Shown here piece after piece: positions 1 to 11,388 of a stretch of DNA of 64,000 bases (the first letter of the stretch is position 1; the number at the start of each line of letters is the position of its first letter). The notes under the pieces were generated by a model. It did not search any database and was not told the origin of the DNA. It was given only the letters and a program-made list of their open reading frames with translations. A program made the position numbers and the translations under genes. The DNA is from Cetorhinus maximus (lineage: Eukaryota), in the NCBI RefSeq assembly GCF_964194155.1, contig NC_135896.1:8246001-8310000 (forward strand). Direction: 5' to 3'.

Positions 1-365
1 TTGCCCTCAGGTCATGTCAAAATTGGCTTTACAGCCAATGAAGTACATTTATTTGAAGTGTAGTCGCTGTTGTAATGTAGGAAACGTAATGGGTAATTTG
101 CGCACAGCAAGATCCCACAAACAGCAATGTGATAAATTACTGGGTGACCAGTTTTAATGATGGTGACTGAGGGATAGAGGTTGGCCAGGGTACCTGGGAG
201 AATTCATTTGCTGTTCTTCTAAATTATGACCGTGGGTTCATTAGCATACTTGGTTCAAAATGTCTCATCTGAAAAAGGGCACCTCCTACAATGCAGCGCT
301 CCCTCAGTACTGCATTGGGAGAGCCAGCCTAGATGATGTGCTCAGGCCTTTGGAGTGGACCTTCC
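1..365 (-). mobile_element. Deu-domain tRNA SINE (SacSINE1/AmnSINE1-like)
   Basis: Minus strand reads tgctgtttgtgggatcttgctgtgcgcaaat...tttcctacattacaacagcgactacacttcaa (Deu core). Further copies or fragments at about 15290-15960(-), 31060-31160(-), 32570-33530(+), 35340-35720(+), 39345-39520(+), 40440-40655(+), 48420-48620(-), 60410-60890(+) and 61470-61800(+). Confidence 0.8.
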
Positions 366-380
366 ACCAACGACATCACT

Positions 381-511
381 GGCCGGAATTTTCCAGCCCC
401 TTATGCCGGTGGGATCTTCCGGTCTCACCGATGTGAATGGAGATCTCAATGGCTCTCCGGCCCTGCTGCTAGGTGGGGTGGGGGTGGGGGGGGTGTTTGG
501 AAAATTCCGAC
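381..511. mobile_element. Short MITE-like element
   Basis: Terminal inverted repeat ggccggaattttcca ... tggaaaattccgacc. Confidence 0.6.
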
Positions 512-1787
512 CACACTACAGTTTACACCACACCTTCCTTCATCTCCATTAATGTCAGTAAAACAGAAATTTGGTGGCCTACAAACGTACTTCATACTAA
601 TAATGGAAACCAATTTCACCCTCTTGAGTATCAAGTTTAAAAGACACCCCACAGTCTCAACTTCATCCTTAGCTGTTTGTCCCCTTGACAAGCAGCGGGG
701 GGAAATCACCAATGAACAAGTTTGAAAGACAGGCTAAAATGATAGGTTAAATTTTCCTGGTGCCACCCCAAGGTGATTTCACTGTCCCAGACCCTCTCCA
801 GATAACGCTGTTCTCACATGACTGACCTTTGTCCGCTCTTTTCAGCTGACATCCGAGATGCTGCCTGCTGTCACTGACGGTCAGGAGTGGTTTTGAAAAG
901 GGAAAGTCAATTTTAAACCCTGGGTAAGAAAATCTTTGTGCTCTGTCTCAATTTGACTGAGCCAGGGTGGAGTTTTAGGAAGGTTATTGTTGCCTGTACG
1001 AGTACTCGAGTGGGTTATCTTTAGATTAAATCAATGGATATGGTAGCGAGATGGTTACAAGACAGGACTAACTATCGAGAGGATCGAACTACAATCCAAA
1101 AAAAAAAACTGAGTTCATAACTCACCGTGACAATTCAAGAATTTGAACTCAGTTTAAAACAATTCTGGCTATAAAATGCTGGTATCAGAAAAAGTGGCTG
1201 TGGAGCTGCCCCCTTTCCTTAAAATGGTTCAGAACTGTCCTTGAGAGAAGGGAATGTGCCATGCTCACCGGGTCTGGTCTACATGGGACACTGGTACCGG
1301 TTTCACAGGTCACACTAGGCTTGACCTGCGCCCTGACGCCCGGTGAGTTTTAAGATGATGGCGGGAGTGTCGCGGAAAACGTTAAAGTGGTTTCTTTCTC
1401 AATGCTTTGCATGCCTGCCTGTAATTGATAGGGTTTTCAAATTCACCAAGGAAAGAAGAGGCTTTACTGGAACGTCATGGCCAAAGGAAAACTGGGATAT
1501 TCATAAGCACCAGGAGCAGCTGGAACACATGCAAGGTTACTTTAGGAAATTAGTCTAGAGATAGGGGAATGTGTGGCCGAGTATTTTTCACACATCATTA
1601 ACTAGTGAAAGTACCACAAAATTGAAAAATAGCTAACCTTCCAATTTTTCAAGGACATACAATCCTGGGAACTGTCGACCCATTCGGACTGACATTCAGC
1701 AGGAGAAAAATATTGGCCGATTTAAAAAAAAGCCCCAACTCATGCCCGGTAGAGGCGCGTCCTATCCATAACCTTAAAAACACAAAC

Positions 1788-2794
1788 TGTAACTGGTTTG
1801 GAATTTTCTGGAACTTTTTAGAGGAACGGACACTGAGAGGATGTTAAGATGGCTGCCGAGGGTCACCTGACTTGATTCATGGATTTAAAGTACCACACTG
1901 ACTTGGAAAGACAATGGGACCCATTTCAGAGGAAGAAGTGTCAACACCCATATCCCGAGACCATCCAGAACTATAATCCTGACTTGAATGGGTCTTATCA
2001 GAAATAACAACAGTAATGATCTCAAGACCCCTGGGGTGGGCTGAAGAAAACAATAGTCAGTTGTGGCTATTCAAAGTAAGGTCAGCCACCATATTTGGAA
2101 TGGTGCTGTGGGCAGCCACATGGTGAGGCAGCCATATTTTGGATTGCCCAATTCATTCTAAAAGGCAGCCTGTGAACAACAACTGCAGAGACAGCAGCAG
2201 ACCGGGGAGTAACAGCTACGCCTGTTAAAAGCCTGGAGACTGCAACATCTTAAAAGTCTCCCAGCCTGTTTCTTCTCAAGTCCACCAGTACAGAAACGTC
2301 ACCTCCTGGTAAGATAACTAACTTTGTGACCGGCTGAACAATCCATCTCTTCAAGGGAATCCTGCAATAATCCTGACTCTGGCTATTTGAACCCACCTAG
2401 GCTACACTGCAGGAGCGAAAATGCCTTCTTCAACATATGCTTCCTTCCTAAAATGAGCCAAACATGTGAATTACAAACTGTTCCTTTGCTTACAATTGGT
2501 AAAAGTGCACTATTCTTCTTAACTGTACTTTCCTTGTGTGTGTGTGTGTGTGTGTGTGTGTGAGTGAATGATGTAGCATTAGACTTTCAGGGTGAATACG
2601 TGAATAAAGAATTATTTTTATTTAACCCATGAAAGCTTGCTGCTGGTTATTCCAATTGACCCCACATTTTGGGGCTAAACACATTAATGAACTATTTGTT
2701 TTCCCAAACTGGATTACTACAAAGTGATGACTCAGCCAACAGCTTCTGGTAGCAAATTCAAGGGGCAAAAAAAAACTTTATGAAGGGAGCTACA
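1788..2794 (+). mobile_element. Putative solo LTR (~1 kb)
   Basis: Begins TGTAAC and ends TACA, with internal AATAAA (~2604) after a (TG)n tract. No coding capacity. TSD not clean (caaac/taaat). Confidence 0.4.
2536..2562. repeat. (TG)n microsatellite
   Basis: About 13 TG units. Confidence 0.95.
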
Positions 2795-2809
2795 TAAATA
2801 ATTGGATAA

Positions 2810-3800
2810 ATTCTCCACTATCAACATCCTGGGGTTACCGTTGACGAGAAACTTAAATGGACCAGTATGTAAATACTGTGGCTACAAGATCAGGTCAGAG
2901 GCTAGGAATCCTGCAGCAAATAACTCACCTCCTCACTCCACAAAGCCTGTCCACCTTCTACAAGGCACAAGTCAGGTGTGTGATGGAATACTCTCCACTT
3001 GCCTGAATGAGTGCAGTTCCAACAACACTCAAGAAGCTCGACACCATCCAGGCAAAGCAGCCCGCTTGCTGGACATCCATGCACCACCTTAAATATTCAC
3101 TCCCTTTACCACCGACGCACAGTGTCAGCAGTGTGTCCCATCTACAAGATGCACTGCAGCAACTCACCAAGACTCCTTCAACAGCACCTTCCAAACCCAT
3201 GACCTCTACTACCTAGAAGGACAAGGGCAGCAGATGCATGGAAATACCGCCACCTCCAAGTCACACATCAACCTGATATGTCACTGTTCCTTTGCTGTCA
3301 CTGGGTCAACACCCTGGAACTCTCTCCTTCATAGCACTGTACTGCACCACATGAACTGCAACGGTTCAAGAAAGCGGCTCACCACCACCTTCTCAATGGC
3401 ACTTGGAGGAGAGGCAATGGTATAGTGGTATTGTCACTGGACTAGTATTCCGGAGACTTAGGGTAATGCTCCGGGGACCTGGGTTTGAATCCCACCACAG
3501 CAGGTGGCGATATTTGAATTCAATAAAAATCTGGATTTAAAAGTCTGATGATGACCACAAAGCCATTGCTGATTGTCGTAAAAACCCATCTGGTTCACTA
3601 ACGCCTTTAGGGAAGGAAACCTGCCGTCCTTATCTGGCCTACATGTGACTCTAGACCCATAGCAATGTGGTTGACCCTTAAATGCTGTCTGAACTAGGGC
3701 AATTAGGGATGGACAATAAATGCTGGCCTTGCTAGCCCCCATGAACAGAAAAAAAAAAGTGCTGGCCTTGCCAGTAATGCTCACATCCCAAGAACAAATA
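2810..3800 (+). mobile_element. CR1/L2-group LINE 3' fragment interrupted by a SINE
   Basis: Encodes TLKKLDTIQAK-type ORF2 C-terminus, same family as 50855-52228. The LINE tail resumes at ~3765 after the SINE at 3410-3760. Confidence 0.85.
3410..3760 (+). mobile_element. tRNA-derived SINE sharing its 3' end with the CR1/L2-group LINE
   Basis: A-box tggtatagtgg, B-box-like ggtttgaatccc, and tail agggcaattagggatgg..aataaatgctggcc matching the LINE 3' end. Other copies at about 11870-12245(+), 21010-21410(-), 34050-34430(-), 37835-38025(-), 42675-43040(-), 45945-46275(+) and 61000-61370(-). Confidence 0.8.
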
Positions 3801-4032
3801 ATAAAAAGATCTCCATATTTCTGTTTCTTCTTTAAAACAGAAGATTCTGATGTCAAACCTTTTCACTTTAACACAGAAACAAACCAGTTCAGAACTAAAA
3901 CACACAGACCCCAAAAACAACCGGTAGTCCATATGCAAACAATGCTATAAAATTGTCCATAAATTAGGCAGAGCTTAATATCTATATTTTTATCTATAAG
4001 TATTTCAATTCTTTATCAAACAAAGTAATACA

Positions 4033-4846
4033 TAACAAATACAGAGTTACCTGGAAAAACTCAGCAGGTCTGGCAGCATCGGTGGAGAAGAAATCAGTTA
4101 ACGTTTCGAGTCTTCACGACCCTTCAGCAGAACTGAAGCATAGTTAGGAGAAATGTGAAATATAAGCTGGTTTAAGGTGGGGGGGGTGGGGGGGGAGAGA
4201 AGTTGAGGGTGGGGTGATTGTGGAGATAAGCAAGCAGTGATAGGAGCAGATAATCAAAAGATGTCATAGACAAAAGGATCAAAGAGGTGTTGAAGGTGGT
4301 GATATTTGTCTAAGAAAAGTGCTAATTAAGAATGGAAGACAGGATACTCAAGGTACAGCTCTAGTCGGAGTGGGGTGGAAAGACTAACAAGGTTTTAGTT
4401 TTAGATTTAAAAATAATGGAAATAGGTGGGAAAAGAAGAATCTATATAAATTATTGAAAAAAAAGGGAGGGGGGAGAAACGGGGTGGGGATGGGGGGAGG
4501 GGGAGTTTAAGATCTAAAGTTGTTGAATTCAATATTCAGCCCGGAAGGCTGTAAAGTGCCTAGTTGGAAGATGAGGTGCTGTTCCTCCAGTTTGCGTTGG
4601 GCTTCACTGGAACAATGCAGCAAGCCAAGGACAGACATGTGGGCAAGAGAACAGGGTGAAGTGTTAAAATGGCAAGCGACAGGGAGGTTTGGGTCTTTCT
4701 TGCGGACAGACCGCAGGTGTTCTGCAAAGCGGTCGCCCAGTTTGCGTTTGGTCTCTCCAATGTAGAGGAGACCGCATTGGGAGCAACGAATGCAGTAGAC
4801 TAAGTTAGGGGAAATGCAAGTGAAATGCTGCTTCACTTGAAAGGAG
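4033..4846 (-). mobile_element. Penelope-like retroelement, 5'-truncated (GIY-YIG end plus 3' terminal region)
   Basis: ORF 4507-4854 NLVYCIRCSQCGLLYIGETKRKLGDRFAEH (GIY-YIG). Near-identical to 54921-55726. Direct repeat AGTAATACA at 4024-4032 and 4845-4853. Confidence 0.93.
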
Positions 4847-5519
4847 TAATACACAAGTTATGCAATCTGTAAAGTATCAAATCACCTGCAATTCTGTTCA
4901 TCTTGTACTCAATGGTATCATTCACAAATATTCATTATCCTATTCTCGCAGATTCTGAATGAATGTTGACACTTCATGGGAACATTTTAACTGGAGATTC
5001 TTAAATCAATTGTCTGTTTGTCAGAGTGAAATGTTAGGGGATGAAAGGTTTTCCGATGTTATCACCAAGCACACCCCATGTAGAGTGTAGTTCCTTGCAT
5101 CCTCTTTTGGTAATTGGAATTAAATTGCAATCTTACAGATACTACTAACTAAAGCAGGCATGTTGTTGTCAACTGCTGGCATGAGGTGGTAGTGCCATTA
5201 CAGTACCCGCTATGTAGCAAGAATGTGGTAGGTCAAGATTCTGTGCAATGCAATTAGCTTTATTTTAACTGCTGTCGGTGTTCAGTACAGACTGTAATCC
5301 CACAGCACTTTGAGGGGATTAGTAAGGGTTCAAGGTCACAGAAGTTAATTGAACATTACTCACGTTTGTTTTTGCATTCAATGCACCTTAAAGAGGTGGG
5401 AACTAGTGAGTGGGCACAGCCTGTCTCTGATCATGTTAATACAGATGCTCTAACTGACAACTTTTACACTGAGGTAATATAAATGGGGAATGGCTTTTGC
5501 TTGCATACCCAATATAAAG

Positions 5520-5900
5520 CTATGAGGGGCCTAGATAGAAGGATAGGCTGTGAGGTCAGTAACCAGTGGTCACAGGTTTAATGTAATTGGTGGACGGATT
5601 GGTGAAGGTTGCCGGGGTGGGGGGGGTGGGGGGTGGGGGGGATGTGGTGTTGAGGTGAAGCTTTTTTGACCCAGAGGGTGGCGGGGGATCTGGAACTTGC
5701 TGTCGGAAAGGGTGGAAGAGGCAGAAACCCTCCATCACATTAAAGAAAACACTCAGATGTGCACTTGAAGTGCTGTAACCTACAGGGCTATAGGCCAAGG
5801 ACTGGAAGGTGGGATTAAGCTGGATAACTCTTTTTCAGTCAGCACGGATATAACGGGCTGAATATCCTCCTGTGTTGTGAATTTCTTTGCTTCTACGATC
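5520..5900 (+). mobile_element. CR1 LINE 3' end fragment
   Basis: Degenerate CR1 ORF2 end and 3' UTR (gggctgaat..cctcctgtgttgt..tttct). Similar fragments at about 16235-16445(+), 29710-30660(-), 31390-31670(-), 32740-33275(+), 36940-37515(-) and 46665-47410(-). Confidence 0.75.
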
Positions 5901-6084
5901 CTATGGTAAGTGACTTCCTATTTTATATGAATGTTGTAATTGGTGGGGACTGCTCTAACAAACCTGTGAGCATCTTTGTACAAAGGTTCATTGCTGACGC
6001 TACACGTCTCAGTCCTGTTCTCTAATGAAACATTTTTTCCATGTCTCACACCAGCTGTTGAGTGGCCTCTCTGAACAAAATTAC

Positions 6085-6603
6085 TAATGTGATGGAATAC
6101 TCTTCACTTGCCTGGATGAATGCGGCTGGAACAACACTCAGGAAGCTCAACACAATCCAGGACAAGGCAGTCTGCTTGATCAGTACCCCACTCACCACCT
6201 TAAGCATTCATTCCTTCCATCTCAAGTTCCTTCCGCCTCACTGGCAGCAGTGTGCACCGTCTACATTACAAGATTCACAGCAGCAACTCACCAAAGTTCC
6301 TTCAACAGCACCTTCCAAACCCACGATCTCTACCACCTAGAAGGTCAAGGGCAGCAGGCACATGGGGACACAACCACCTGCAAGTTCCCCTCCAAGTCAC
6401 TCACCATCCTGACTTGGAAATATATCGTCGTTCCTTCACTGTCGCTGGGTCAAAATCCTGGAACTCCCTCCCTATCAGCACCGTGCGTGTACCTGTACCA
6501 CATGGACTGCAGTGGCTCACCACCACCTTCTCAAGGGTGATCAGAGATGGGCAGCAAATGTTGACCTTGCCAGTGACACCTACATCCCATGAATGAATAA
6601 AAG
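6085..6603 (+). mobile_element. CR1/L2-group LINE 3' fragment
   Basis: VMEYSSLAWMNAAGTTLRKLNTIQDKA...HHPDLEIYRRSFTVAGSKSWNSLP, tail catgaatgaataaaa. Same family at 14910-15250(-), 38990-39255(+), 41715-42000(-) and 59480-59790(-). Confidence 0.88.
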
Positions 6604-6918
6604 ATAGTTGCACTAATGAGCTGAATGGCCTCCTTCTGTGCTACATGATTCCAGTCGGAAGCATTGTTATGCTGTGGTAGCTGGATTGGGATCACTCGAG
6701 CTCATTTAAATTAGGCCTCCCTGTTCACCTTTCCCTATAGCTAACATTAATGGAGCCGTTTCAATGTCTCTTTGAACTGAGCACCACATTATGACAAATG
6801 AGCCATTTCGTAATAACACAAATATCTCTCATTTTTTTTCATTGCTAACTGCTACAGCACTTTTGGTCACTAGTTAACCTTCAAGTCTAAAAATACCTCT
6901 TTGCCCCCCAGTCCACAG

Positions 6919-8329
6919 TTACAGTTCACTCACTTTACAACCTCTGGCAATTGCCACTGTTTGCCGGCAGTTACTGTAGTGTCGGTGAGGGCCGCAAGAG
7001 AAGTGATTTGTGTTGGTGAGGTTCAGTGGTGCCCCTCTGCCACCCCGGTTCCCAGAAAAAATGCTGCTGTTCTTTACAGAGATGGTCTGCCCCCGGTAGA
7101 GCTGGGCCCGGCGTTGGCAGAGGCCCACCTTGCTCAGCAAGATGAAGACATCACGGCGGAAAGCCTTGGTGAAGATGACGTAGAGGAAAGGGTTGGCACA
7201 GGAATTGAGCGGGTAGAAGAGGACCAGCAATATCTTGGAGTTGGTCACGGTTATCAGCGGCTTGTTCAAGATGGCAGACAGTGCGTAGAAAGAGATGGGG
7301 GCCATGCAGGTGAAGTCAGTGAAGATCAACACGGCCATCCTTTTGGCAATTTTTGTGTCTTTGCTGCCGGATTTGTAATGTGGGTTCTTCACGGTGACGT
7401 AGATCTTGACGTAGCAGGCACAGATTATGATGAACGCCAAGATGTTGGCCAACAGAACCAAAACGATGTAGCCCTGAGCCAACCGGGACTCTGTATCCAT
7501 GGGCAGGCAGATGCTAACCTTAATGTAGCTGCTTACTCCTGCAATGGGCAGAAGTGCCAAGGTGAAGCAGAACACCCAGCCTCCCACCATAACCATGGCG
7601 GCATGTCGAAGCCGCATCTTCCTGTCTAACCGCATGGCGAAGTTGATGGCGTACCAGCGCTCCAGCGTGATCACGGTAAGAGTGTAGACCGAGAACTCAC
7701 TGGCAAAGACGGTGAAGAATCCAGCAGTATTACACCCTGGCCCTGTCTGCCAGTCTATGGCATAATTGTAATACTCGGTTCTGGTGTAGAGGTCCACTGA
7801 GGCAATCAGCAGTAAGTAAATGCCCATGCAGAAGTCTGCCACAGCCAGGTTGCACATCAGGAAACGAGGGACAGTGAGCTTGTAGTGACTAGTCAGTAGA
7901 ATCAGGAGCACAAAAATATTGCCCAAAATGGCCAACAGATTAACAAACCACACGATAATTCTCAAAGAGTCATAACCCATAATGTCCTCGCAAGGGTTGA
8001 ATTCATCAGGCTCTGGTTTGCATACAATCTCCTCGTTGCCTCCGCACACCATGTAATCATAATGATTGTCAAAGGCTTGAACATGGTCCTCTTGAGGGTT
8101 CTTCAACTCTTGGCCAAACCCAATATCTCCATCTCCTTGTTCCTCAAAGAACACATAATAGTGGGAGTTGCTATGGAAATCTCTGAGCTTTGAACCCTGG
8201 TCAGAGGTGTGACCTGCGTTGTCATCCTCAGCATAGTTATGGTAAAATGGCCCATTGTATAAACTGAAGGATCGTTTCTGCCTGAGGCGATGACCTGTGG
8301 TTTGGTTGCACATTATTGACTCTAAAAGC
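6919..8329 (-). CDS. TSHR: Thyrotropin receptor exon 10 (hinge, 7TM domain, C-tail, stop)
   Basis: Acceptor ccctacag|G at 8329. Translation [10 protein letters not shown]...HYYVFFEEQ...[11 protein letters not shown]...YDY...[10 protein letters not shown]...ERWYAI...[18 protein letters not shown]...NPFLY...SEL*. It contains the TSHR-specific hinge insertion absent from FSHR and LHCGR. Confidence 0.98.
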
Positions 8330-8544
8330 CTGTAGGGTAAACTGAAGACCGAAAAGACAGATTATAGATCATAAAATATTGGGACAATATTTATTGAAAT
8401 AATTAAGACGAGTGTTTCAGCATCACTGTGCTGAATTCAGGACTCAGCATGTTTTCCCCTATTGTAACTCTTCCTTAATGACTGACAACCAGAACTCCCT
8501 CTTATTTTCCTCAGTCTTCCTTTCTGCCTGAAATCTATAGGCTA

Positions 8545-9140
8545 TGGGTCTTGATTTTAAAATTCTCACCCCTTTTTTCAAATCCCTCCATTGCCTCGGC
8601 CCTCTCTATCCCTGTAACCTCCTCCAATCTTACAACCCTCCGAGATATCTGCGTTCCTCTGCATCTGTCCTCTTGTGTAGACCCGATTTTAATCACTCTA
8701 TTATTGGCGGCCGTGTCTACACCCGAAGTCAGTGTTCCTCAACCAGGTTTCCCCGGTACTCACGGATTCCCCGAACTTCCCTAAAGGGTTCCGTACAATT
8801 TTCAGATCATTTCAAGATATATTGTTCTTCCAGTTAATGAAAAATAATCATTTATTCATTCAATAGTATTATAATTTGTTTTCGGGTTCCACAGAATTTC
8901 ACAATATATTATAGGCTTCCTTAACCAAGAAAAGGTTGAAAACCACTGCAAGTTCTGGAATTCCCTCCCCAAATCTCTCCTCCACTTTACTTCTCCCTCC
9001 TCATTTAAGACATTCCTAAAACCTATCTCTTTGACCAAGCCTCTGTTCATCTAACCTAATATCTCCTTATGTGGTTCAGTGTCAAACTTGGTTTGCTAAC
9101 GCTCCTGTGAAATGTCCTGGATGTTATACTGTGTTAAAGG
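8545..9140 (+). mobile_element. L2 LINE 3' fragment interrupted by a MITE
   Basis: FKILTPFFKSLHCLGPLYPCNLLQSYNPPRYLRSS is a typical L2 ORF2 C-terminus. Related pieces at about 20835-21000, 35030-35300(-), 37520-37830 and 41455-42155. Confidence 0.75.
8730..8948. mobile_element. hAT/Charlie-type MITE
   Basis: TIRs cagtgttcctcaacc / ggttgaaaaccactg (CAGTGGTTCTCAACC-type). It splits the L2 fragment. Confidence 0.7.
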
Positions 9141-9391
9141 TAAGTTGTTGTTCTCTTGGCTCAGTACCACGTCAGGTACTACATTTAACCCCTGAACAAC
9201 AATCTCAATCTCATTCATTCACCCCTCGCTCTCTTGAGGTCAGCAGGCTTCCCCACTATGAAACTTTGACTTAGCGGCGCACTAAAAAATTTTATTTTAT
9301 AAAATATCATTGGTGGATTTCAGTACCCGGAATCCCAGAGAAAGATCTTCACCCAATTTGTCCTGGCTTTCTTCATGGGGCACTGACTCAC

Positions 9392-9580
9392 CCTTTGTTT
9401 TTCTTCCAGTTCTTAAAAGCACAGCAGTGGCTTGGGTACGTGAGGTCAGCTCTCATTAGGTGAAGGAAAGTCTTCAGAGGAGGGAGCTTCTTCAATGTCC
9501 ATGTGTTCTTTGCCATTAATTCCTTCAGCGGTTCCAGCCCTTTGCTGGGAAGGGAGTGGACACTGGACTGGGATACATCA
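9392..9580 (-). CDS. TSHR: TSHR exon 9 (189 nt)
   Basis: ctcacag|T...AAAGG|gtgagt; [63 protein letters not shown]. Confidence 0.97.
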
Positions 9581-10324
9581 CTGTGAGCAGGAGAGACCAA
9601 TATTGTGTTATAAGGCCTAACTCCAAGTCATCTGAATTGACTGGCCACTCTCAAGATTAAATCAAACCATTTGATAAGGGGGTGAGTTATCAACCCTTGT
9701 AACCATAGCAATGCAGAACTGACCCCAGCGCCCCCCCCCACCCCCCCCTGCCCACCTGCCAATTTAGGTAAATACCAGCCCCTGCCCCAACCAAATCCAT
9801 GTTCCTGGATCAGGGACATTTCCATGAGGTAGGTGGGATGCTCACATCAATTGGGGCACAGCTGGGGCTGTCCACTAGACTGGGAATTGGGAAAGGGCGA
9901 GTCAGGGAAGCTGTTGAAATCGCAGCATTGGCAGGTGCCCACCAGCCTGGGGTACCTGGTGGGGTCTATCCCAATGCCACCTTTCCGAAGATCTCCCTGC
10001 CTGTGTCGGTGGTGTGTACAGAGTTGCTGGGAATTCCAGAGAGTGAGTCATCCTGTCAGTCCTGTCTCCCTCTGAGATACCAGTGCTAAAGCAGGTGGAC
10101 AACGACGTTGCCCATACTGCCCCTTCCCCCCCCCCTACCAATACCCCACTTCTCCAGGGAAACCCCAGGACATCTCCAATACATAGCGGAAACTCAATGT
10201 AACAAGATAATGCCCCAATTTTTCACCCCCAACTGCTACTACGGTGCCTCAAATGCCCACCAAAAACATTCACTGTTACTCGCTGAAATTGACCAGCTTG
10301 CCTGTTTCACAGATGATTGTTGTG

Positions 10325-10850
10325 AGGGGTGATGGGGGTGGAGGGCAGGTGGGGGGGTGATGGGGTGTTGAGGATGTTGAGGGTGAGGGGCTAGGGGTGG
10401 TGGGGTGTTGGGATGTTGGGGGTAGGGATGTTGTGGGGTGGGGGGCTGGTGGGGGATGGTGGAGTGTTGGGGGTGGGGTGATGGAGGTGGGGGATGTTGG
10501 GGGGCTGGTGGGGGTTGGTGGAGTGTTGGGGGTGGGGGGCTGGGGGTGGTGGGGTGTTGGGGGGTGGAATGGTGGGGGGTGGTGCGGTGTTGGGGGTGGG
10601 GGGCGTGGGGTGTTGGGGATGGGGTGATGGGGGTGGGGGATGTTGGGGGGCTGGGGTTGGTGGGGTGTTGGGGGGTGGAGTGGTGGGGTGGTGGGGGGTG
10701 GTGGGGTGTTGGGGGGGTGGAGTGTGGGGGTTTGTGGGGTGTTGGGGGATGGGGTGATGGGGGTGGGGGATGTTGGGGGGTGGGGAGCTGGGGGTGGTGG
10801 GGTGTTGGGGGGTGGGGTGATGGGGTGATGTGGGTGGGGTGTGGTGGGGT
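10325..10850 (+). repeat. G/T-rich degenerate tandem array in TSHR intron 8
   Basis: Recurrent ggggtgttgggggg / tggggtgatggggg / gctggggg units with almost no C or A. Confidence 0.93.
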
Positions 10851-11310
10851 TGTTTTGACTTTGCTTTCAGGGTGTAAAATAGATGATATTGAGTCAACTC
10901 CTCTTGCTACACCCCTCTCTCTCCCACTTTTAATTCCCGTCGCAATGAAAGGCTATGTCAGGTAGCACTGGCTTCGCTTGGCAGTCATTGCAGAAACGTT
11001 TCCGTTGGGAGATCACATTCAGAACAGAAATAACATACTGGCAAACCAATCAACGCAGATCTCCAACACCCCATGAACCCCCGGATTTCTCCTGAGGGAC
11101 CCACCACCCCCTCCTCCCGAATGCCTCACGCTGACCAATCATTTGAAAACCTGTGCGCAAAAACTGGCACCATTTGGTCAGCCATTTGCAATGCTTGTTT
11201 GTACATTATACATTCCGCTTTTGTCTTCTCGAAACTTTCCCAAGACTAAATCAATCTCAAACGTCACTTTTAATAGGTTCTTGTGGGAGTACTGACTGGA
11301 AATTACTTAC

Positions 11311-11388
11311 AGCAGAGTGGGTCCACTCAAGGCTCCTGTGAAGACATCTTCACTGAAGGATGTCAAGAGCTTATTCTTGTGCAGGTAA
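11311..11388 (-). CDS. TSHR: TSHR exon 8 (78 nt)
   Basis: ttaacag|T...CT|gtaagt; YLHKNKLLTSFSEDVFTGALSGPTLL (human [26 protein letters not shown]). Confidence 0.96.

Noticed and set aside
3410-3500. tRNA-like A/B boxes here and at other SINE heads
   Set aside because: They are SINE promoters continuing into SINE bodies; no complete cloverleaf.
6901-7629. 242-aa + strand ORF
   Set aside because: Antisense shadow of TSHR exon 10 with a non-ATG start and no recognisable domain.
10391-10965. Gly/Trp- and Pro/His-rich ORFs
   Set aside because: Artefacts of the low-complexity G/T array.
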